A stretch of DNA of 64,000 nt from Candidatus Nanohalarchaeota archaeon (GTDB taxonomy: Archaea > Nanohalarchaeota > Nanosalinia > Nanosalinales > Nanosalinaceae): contig JALDAJ010000001.1 in assembly GCA_022729235.1 (NCBI GenBank), positions 450,442-514,441 of the forward strand, given 5' to 3'. Both the position numbers and the translations under genes were made by a program. The notes below the pieces were generated by a model. That model saw nothing but the letters and a program-made list of their open reading frames with translations, did no database searches and was not told the DNA's origin. Below, piece by piece: positions 58,302 to 64,000 of this stretch (its first letter is position 1; every line of letters begins with the position of its first letter).

Positions 58302-59447
58302 ATGAGACCGCTTTTCATCACATGGGAATACCCGCCTTTCAAGGCAGGGGGTATAGCCGCGCACTGTGAGGATCTTACCACGACTCTCGCAGACCAGGGG
58401 CACGAGCCGGTTGTTGTAACTTTCGGTCCCGAGGAGGAGAAAGAGTACCGCGACGGCGTTGAGATTCACAGGGTTCCTTCCACGGACTCTGCTGCAGACA
58501 CTATCTCCTGGGCGATGAAACTGGGTCACGAGATGGAGAAGAAGGCGATCGAACTGGATAAGCAGAAAGACTTTGACCTGGTCCATGCACACGACTGGAT
58601 GGCGGTACCTGGCGCCACAGGTATCAAGAACACTCTGGACCTTCCAATGGTCTTCACAGTCCACTCCACGCAGGAGGGAAGGGACGGTATCGACTCTGAA
58701 TACCAGCAGACAATCCACAACCTGGAATGGTACGGTACCTACCAGGCGGAAGAGGTCATCACAGTCGGTAGAGAGTTCTGCGAGGAGGTGAAACATACTT
58801 TCCAGGTGCCAAAGGATAAGATCAATTACATCCCGAACGGTGTTGACCTGGAGAAGTTTGATTCCCACTCTACAAGTCTCAACTATAACGACTATGCGCT
58901 GGACTGGGAGAAAATAATACTGTTCGTCGGGCGCATGTATCCGCAGAAAGGACCGGGACACCTTATCGAGGCGATGCCAAACATAATCGATTCCAATCCT
59001 GAAGCAAAGTTCGTTATGGTCGGATCCGGAGCTACAGAGCACTACAAGGGTATCGCGAAGAAACAGGTTGGTGACAAGGTACACTTCCCGGGTTACGTGT
59101 CGGATAAGGAACTCCTATCGCTTATGAAGACTGCGGAGATGACAGTCGCTCCATCAGTGTATGAGCCGTTCGGTATCGTCCCGCTGGAGGCTGCGGCGTG
59201 TGAAACACCAACGGTCGGTAGTTACGTCGGCGGGATGAAGGACACTATCATCCATGAATACACTGGTCTCCACTCCTATCCTGCGGACGCAGGAAGTATC
59301 GCTTACCAGGTTTCCCGTGCATTAAGCGATCCTGGCTGGGCGGACTGGATGGGCGACAAAGCCCGTGACCGCGTAGAAGACAACTTCCGCTGGGAACAGA
59401 TAAGTGCGTGGACGACAGGTATCTACTCGAAGGCGGTAGAGAGGTAG
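58302..59447 (+). CDS. GT4/GT5 retaining glycosyltransferase (GlgA-like alpha-glucan synthase)
   Basis: EYPPFKAGGIA (KxGGL-type motif), DLVHAHDW, and C-terminal EPFGIVPLEAAACETPTV (E-x7-E). Confidence 0.8.
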   Translation: MRPLFITWEYPPFKAGGIAAHCEDLTTTLADQGHEPVVVTFGPEEEKEYRDGVEIHRVPSTDSAADTISWAMKLGHEMEKKAIELDKQKDFDLVHAHDWMAVPGATGIKNTLDLPMVFTVHSTQEGRDGIDSEYQQTIHNLEWYGTYQAEEVITVGREFCEEVKHTFQVPKDKINYIPNGVDLEKFDSHSTSLNYNDYALDWEKIILFVGRMYPQKGPGHLIEAMPNIIDSNPEAKFVMVGSGATEHYKGIAKKQVGDKVHFPGYVSDKELLSLMKTAEMTVAPSVYEPFGIVPLEAAACETPTVGSYVGGMKDTIIHEYTGLHSYPADAGSIAYQVSRALSDPGWADWMGDKARDRVEDNFRWEQISAWTTGIYSKAVER

Positions 59448-59668
59448 TCAATTTCGGCTGTCCAGCCTTCTTCGCTGTGTAGAAATCTCACTTCATAATC
59501 TTGGTCCAGGGTATGTATCAGATACCTTGCGGATTTGGGCTTTCCTGTTGAGATCTCTGATGTATGGCTGAGCTCCACCGAATACAGATCTCGGTCTAGC
59601 TGCGCCATTATATCTTCGACACTTTTGGTGTCGTATTTTACCTGTTCTAGAATTTCTTTGGGATCCAT
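59423..59668 (-). CDS. Hypothetical small protein
   Basis: 81-aa ORF overlapping the GT 3' end convergently. Confidence 0.35.
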   Translation of the reverse strand: MDPKEILEQVKYDTKSVEDIMAQLDRDLYSVELSHTSEISTGKPKSARYLIHTLDQDYEVRFLHSEEGWTAEIDYLSTAFE

Positions 59669-59688
59669 CCGTTGGGGTGTCCGCTAAA

Positions 59689-60795
59689 CTATAAATAACC
59701 GAGCTCGTCCGCGGCTACCACGAACATGGCGTGGCTCCATGCAAGCGGTTTTATCGAGTTCTGGATGTCGTTGCTAAATATCTGTTCCGGGATATATTTT
59801 CCGTCTATCCTTTCCAGGTAATCCTCGAAGTTCTCCTTTGCTTCGGCTTCCCTGCCCAGCTTTTTGAGCGCTACCAGGTACCAGAAGTACAGTAAGGGCC
59901 ATCCGCCAGCACCTTTCTTGACGTGCCGGGTATGATGTATCATCCCATCGTACATGTCTTTCTCGTACCTCTTGACGCCGGTGTATGTCAAAAGTTTCTC
60001 CTCGATTAACTCTACAGTTCTCTCCAGTTTCTCGTCTCTCTCCACGGTGTCGAAGGGCCAGACCAGTCCAAGCAGACTCGCGTCGATACTGTCGTCAGGA
60101 AGCTCGCCCCAGGAACGCACGTAGCAGTCTTTTTCCTGTGACCTCAACTGATTTCTCATCTGCTCGCTCGTTTCCAGGTACCTGTCCTTTCCTGCCGCCC
60201 CGTGCGCTCTCTCCAGTCCTTTACTGCACGCTGCCAGCGTGTAGGCAAAGTTCTCGTTCCTGTCCGTGAAGGCGCGGCGCTCCTCCCATAAGTCGAAGAC
60301 CTCTGATTCGAACGAGTCGCTGTCCCACTTGTCGCAGAGACCGTCCGCGAGCAGTTTTGTAACCTCTTCTGTTAGTGGAGTCTCCTCTATCGACTGTATC
60401 GACCATAGCAGGGTACCTGCCTGGTCGGGCTGGTACTGGTGACCGAAATCCGGGTCTCGCGGACCATTGGTAAGGTAACGGTGGAAAACCAGTCCGTTGT
60501 CTGAAAATTCTTCGGCGCGCTCAACCATCCACTCAAGGAAGTTTTTCGTGACGTGATTCATCTCCAGTCTGTCGGCGGCGTAGAGTATGAACGCGGCGTC
60601 TCTCGGCCAAATAAAACGGTAGTTCTGGACGTTCTTCGGGTAGTAAGGTTTGTCTGTGTTCGCCGCTACTATTGCGCCGTTTTCGATTTGGCAGTCCTGG
60701 ATTACCTCTTTTGAAGACCTTACTAGCTCTTCAATGCGCCCCATATGATGGATTTCAATCTGCGGGTTCAAAAGATTTCTTAGTCTCTGGAACAT
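59689..60795 (-). CDS. GH15-family glucoamylase/trehalase-like (alpha/alpha)6 catalytic domain
   Basis: YRFIWPRDAAFI (WxRDxA) motif. 368 aa, so it lacks the N-terminal beta-sandwich of long glucoamylases. Confidence 0.7.
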   Translation of the reverse strand: MFQRLRNLLNPQIEIHHMGRIEELVRSSKEVIQDCQIENGAIVAANTDKPYYPKNVQNYRFIWPRDAAFILYAADRLEMNHVTKNFLEWMVERAEEFSDNGLVFHRYLTNGPRDPDFGHQYQPDQAGTLLWSIQSIEETPLTEEVTKLLADGLCDKWDSDSFESEVFDLWEERRAFTDRNENFAYTLAACSKGLERAHGAAGKDRYLETSEQMRNQLRSQEKDCYVRSWGELPDDSIDASLLGLVWPFDTVERDEKLERTVELIEEKLLTYTGVKRYEKDMYDGMIHHTRHVKKGAGGWPLLYFWYLVALKKLGREAEAKENFEDYLERIDGKYIPEQIFSNDIQNSIKPLAWSHAMFVVAADELGYL

Positions 60796-60815
60796 GCAGA
60801 AGGAGTTACTCTTCT

Positions 60816-61529
60816 TTAACTAAAGCCATTGTTACGCAACCATGAAATCATCGAGTTACGCATTTTCTGCTCTGCGCCACCAGAAAAACTGTGTTTCTCG
60901 CCTTCCAGTTTGTGCAGCATCACGTTGGTATTGAGCGCTTCTACCGCCTTCAGGCTGTGTTCCGGGTGGACCGTCGTGTCGGCGGAGCCGTGGAATATCG
61001 CGACAGGGACATCCAGTTCGTCCACGACCTCCTGAAAATTATACGTGTCGAAGTCTTCAAAGAAGCGCTGGTCGATAGGCTTGCCGTCGATATACTCGTA
61101 CTCTCCCTTATTCTCCACGACTGATCGGAACTTGCCCATTATCTCGTTGTACGTCACCGGCGCCTTTGCGATAACTGCCCCGGGCTCAAGCTCTGTCGCG
61201 GCGTGGAACACTACTTTACCGCCGAACGAGGAGCCAAAGAGCACGTATTCTTCAGGATCGAAGTATTCGATAACTGCTTCAAGATCATCTATCTTCGAGC
61301 TTAACGATTGCTCTACGAAATCTCCGTCGCTCTCGCCGTTACCGCGGAAGTCGAAACGCACCGCGTTGAAACCTTCTTCAACTGCTCGCTCACACCGTTC
61401 AACATAACTGCCTTCCTTGTCGCTCCCGAACCCGTGGCAGTAGAAGATCCATTTATCCGAGTCCGCTTCGTGGTGAACCGCGGCGACTTCTTCATCGTTC
61501 TCGACTTCTATGAAGTGTTTCTCAGTCAT
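60816..61529 (-). CDS. Alpha/beta hydrolase (dienelactone hydrolase-like)
   Basis: LFGSSFGG nucleophile elbow, HGSADTTV. Confidence 0.8.
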   Translation of the reverse strand: MTEKHFIEVENDEEVAAVHHEADSDKWIFYCHGFGSDKEGSYVERCERAVEEGFNAVRFDFRGNGESDGDFVEQSLSSKIDDLEAVIEYFDPEEYVLFGSSFGGKVVFHAATELEPGAVIAKAPVTYNEIMGKFRSVVENKGEYEYIDGKPIDQRFFEDFDTYNFQEVVDELDVPVAIFHGSADTTVHPEHSLKAVEALNTNVMLHKLEGEKHSFSGGAEQKMRNSMISWLRNNGFS

Positions 61530-61957
61530 TGATGTTTCCCCTTGAATTTATTTGAGAGTCTGGGAACTAAATCTTCTGCTAGTTCAAGAGTGTCTTGAGC
61601 TTCTTTCTTAGTAATATCTTCACCTCTGTATTTTGAATCGTTACGTAGCTCTCTGAACTTGTTCAGTTTATTGACTTTTTCATAAGATATGTCGAGTTCT
61701 TCAAAGGCGTAAACTATTGATGCCTCATGATTGTAGGATTTGTATCCTTCTGATATGAGGAATGCGTTGATTATTTCTCTTATGGATTCGTAGGCGTCCT
61801 CCAGTATCAGGTCGGCGTTTTCTTTACTTACCTCTCTGTATTTCACGTAATCTAGCCTTTTCCGGGACTTGTTCTTCAGGCTTTTTCCTTGACTAGGATT
61901 AGGAGTCCTCTCCTGTACCGTTTCTTCTTCGATGAATCTTTCGAAGTCTTTCATCAT
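61526..61957 (-). CDS. HEPN domain protein
   Basis: 143 aa. LISEGYKSYNHEA...RELRNDSKYRG resembles the HEPN R-x4-(H/Y) motif. Overlaps the upstream NTase gene by 4 nt. Confidence 0.7.
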   Translation of the reverse strand: MMKDFERFIEEETVQERTPNPSQGKSLKNKSRKRLDYVKYREVSKENADLILEDAYESIREIINAFLISEGYKSYNHEASIVYAFEELDISYEKVNKLNKFRELRNDSKYRGEDITKKEAQDTLELAEDLVPRLSNKFKGKHQ

Positions 61958-62475
61958 ATCACTTTCAGGAAGCCTTTTAGCACGGTCCCGTTCGCCAGAC
62001 TGTTTCGGAAGTTTTCGTTTACTTCATCCGTGCTGTCAATGTTGTGCAGGTTAATGTCTCTTTTTAGTTTTTCCTCGTATTTAGAAACTTCTAGGTCTTT
62101 CTGTCTTCCATTTACGATTGCTATATCTATATCAGAGTCTTTAAGATCTTCTCCTTTCTCAAAAGATCCGAATAAGACTATGGCATCAGCCCGAAGTTCT
62201 TTATCAATGAACGCTACTAGACCGGAGCTGTAAATAGTGTCTATGTTATAGAATCTCTTTAATCTACTGAAATCTTTGCCGGTAGAGATATTCTTTGTTA
62301 CATTGGTTTTCTCTATTTCCAGTACTCCTTCAGCTAGTTCGTCTGCAATCTTCGAAACCCATCTGGGTGAAACGTTGCTTCTTCTTGAGAGTTCCCGTAT
62401 AGATACCTCTAGCTCAGGATTATCAAAGAAAGGCTTCAGAACCTCTAACTCTTTTTCGTTTAGTTCAGTAAACAT
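61954..62475 (-). CDS. wHTH-fused minimal nucleotidyltransferase
   Basis: LFGSFEKGEDLKDSDIDIAIV NTase motif, preceded by a wHTH (LSRRSNVSPRWVSKIADEL). Probably a leaderless start at the ATG at 62475; the ORF track has a GTG at 62493. Confidence 0.8.
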   Translation of the reverse strand: MFTELNEKELEVLKPFFDNPELEVSIRELSRRSNVSPRWVSKIADELAEGVLEIEKTNVTKNISTGKDFSRLKRFYNIDTIYSSGLVAFIDKELRADAIVLFGSFEKGEDLKDSDIDIAIVNGRQKDLEVSKYEEKLKRDINLHNIDSTDEVNENFRNSLANGTVLKGFLKVI

Positions 62476-62496
62476 GTGTTTAGTTTGGTACACGAG

Positions 62497-62514
62497 TGTT
62501 TATAAAAATACACG
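62497..62514. promoter_or_regulatory. Palindromic TATA element GTGTTTATAAAAATACAC (bidirectional promoter candidate)
   Basis: Centre is about 27 nt from the ATG at 62475 on the minus strand and about 58 nt from the MFS ATG on the + strand. Confidence 0.4.
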
Positions 62515-62562
62515 TCTTATCCGGTCGAGAAACTTAAAACTGCTTTGTTTCTTATTGAGTTC

Positions 62563-63709
62563 CATGTCCAGTATTTTTGATGACAGGATTAACCAGGTCG
62601 TGGGTTACAGGACACTACACGGTTTTGCTGTCGGCCTGGTCTCGATTTTCATCCCGATTTTTATAGCTCAGGAGGGCTTCCCTCCGGAGACAGTTTTCTC
62701 CTTCCTTTTCGTGCAACTTCTCGTTTTCACTCTTTCCGCTGTACCTATAGGCTGGCTTACCTCAAGACTCGGTGTCAGGAATGTATTCCTGGGGTCATCG
62801 ATTTTCTATGTTCTGGTTTTCCTGGTTTTGAGAGCGTTCACACTGGAGCCTCTCGTGATTTATTCCGCCGCAGCTGTAATGGGAGTGGCGTTGGCGATGC
62901 ACTGGATACCTGTTAATCTTGAGTTTACTGAGGGTAGCGAGGTTGAGAACCGGGGAAGCAGTTGGGGGCAGATTGAAGGCATACCTCAGATAGTTGGTCC
63001 GTTCGCGCCACTTCTGGGCGGTTTTATCTTGGACTACCTAGGTTTCAGCTTTCTGGTAACTATATCCCTGATGCTGGCATCTATCTCGGTTCTGCCGATG
63101 GTTCTCGGCAGGAGTTTTGGAAAACCGGAGTTTGAGATCGGAGAGCATTTATCACCTAGGAAAGACATTGATCTCTGGCTTCTCTACTTTTTCGATGGGT
63201 TTTCTACTGCGGTGTACGCCTGGATATTCCCTCTTTTCATATTCTTCTCTGTCGGAGGCGTGATTGATGTCGGTGCAGTCCAGGCCCTCGCAGGTATAGC
63301 GGGAGGTCTGTTTTCTCTCGGCGCTGGCAGGCTCTCAGACAGGTTTGACAAGGCCAGACTTGTTTTTGCAGGGGTGATTCTTGCCGCAGCAGTCTTTGTT
63401 TTCGTGCCGGGTCTTGAAGACCGGTGGGTTGCCTTCGTTGTTTCGTTTCTTTTGGGGCTTGTGTACATGTTCCACGTTATCCCTCTAGCATCAATTATAG
63501 CAGATATCGCTGATCAGAGAAGTGTTCTCGGGTTTTACTCGGTTAGAGAGATATTCCGGGGTATGGGATACGTTTCTCTGGTAGGTGCCACGGTGTTGCT
63601 GATATCGGCGTATTCCCTGGAAAAAGCTTTTTTGGTAGCGTTCTACGCTGGCGCTACGACATTTATCGCTGTAGGAATACTTGTGTCCTTAGTTGACTCT
63701 AGGCGTTAG
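62563..63709 (+). CDS. MFS-type transporter
   Basis: About 12 predicted TM helices. The ORF track begins upstream at 62276, but the hydrophobic core starts at MSSIFDD. Confidence 0.7.
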
Positions 63710-63722
63710 ATGCCGAGGTAAA

Positions 63723-64000
63723 TTAGCTTCTCAGCCTTTCATCGACCTGTTCCTGGAAGTCCATTACGTGTTCCATGATGACTCCGAATCCCTGGAAGGG
63801 ATGGTCGAAGTAGGAGAAGTAGTTGTGGACTGCGTGGTCATCGTTCCATGACTTGGTGGCGATGTGGTGCAGGTGGTCGCTTGTCAATAGTTTCCTCCAG
63901 ACCTCACTTACCTCCGGGTCGTCGAGTTCCTTGACTTTTTCCTCAAGTTTCTGCAGCCTGTCGAAAAGCCTTTTCTGTACAGGGTTGCCGAGCCATGCGC
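63723..64000 (-). CDS. Partial CDS (C-terminal 92 aa), possibly a glycoside hydrolase (GH57-like)
   Basis: Minus-strand ORF running off the window end: ...LTSDHLHHIATKSWNDDHAVHNYFSYFDHPFQGFGVIMEHVMDFQEQVDERLRS. The family assignment is a weak guess from context. Confidence 0.4.
   Translation of the reverse strand, partial: AWLGNPVQKRLFDRLQKLEEKVKELDDPEVSEVWRKLLTSDHLHHIATKSWNDDHAVHNYFSYFDHPFQGFGVIMEHVMDFQEQVDERLRS

Noticed and set aside
1-64000. Search for CRISPR arrays, rRNA, tRNA and IS elements
   Set aside because: I recognised no regularly spaced direct repeats, no rRNA-like conserved segments, no tRNA cloverleafs and no transposase-like ORFs anywhere in the window.

Overview
This 64-kb window looks archaeal and is almost entirely coding. 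GC is moderate and the predicted proteins are very acidic (D/E-rich), which fits a salt-in halophile with a small genome, possibly a nanohaloarchaeon-like DPANN lineage. That assignment is inference only.

Recognisable housekeeping genes are CDC48/VCP AAA ATPase, RadB, a class I aminotransferase, type IA topoisomerase, TyrRS, AlaRS, LeuRS, RtcA, Hsp20, FtsZ, a long FKBP, an SPFH protein, and the SecE-Spt5-L11-L1-L10 operon. Ribosomal protein L12 is displaced about 2.2 kb from L10 by three inserted genes.

Seven putative type II toxin-antitoxin loci are present: three MNT-HEPN pairs, two VapBC pairs, one RHH-RelE/ParE pair and one DUF4258-DUF2283 pair. Two of these loci include small genes below the 60-aa ORF-track cutoff that I call manually.

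A contiguous alpha-glucan/glycolysis island spans about 48.5-60.8 kb. It holds an APH-like kinase, PGM, an ADP-dependent sugar kinase, archaeal TIM, a GDE-like debranching enzyme, a eukaryote-type GT3 glycogen synthase, PGI, a truncated GT4 N-domain gene followed by a full GT4/GT5 synthase, and a GH15 enzyme. An alpha/beta hydrolase, the third MNT-HEPN pair and an MFS transporter follow, and a partial possibly GH57-like gene closes the window at about 64 kb.

Other notable items: a C2H2 zinc finger fused to a membrane-anchored DsbA, translationally coupled to a CXXC membrane protein; a tandem MinD/ParA pair with an intervening small membrane protein; an 834-aa S-layer-like acidic surface protein with a structured 580-bp upstream leader and a hairpin/T-tract terminator; and a duplicated promoter/leader module around one MNT-HEPN locus. 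I found no rRNA, no tRNA and no CRISPR array.
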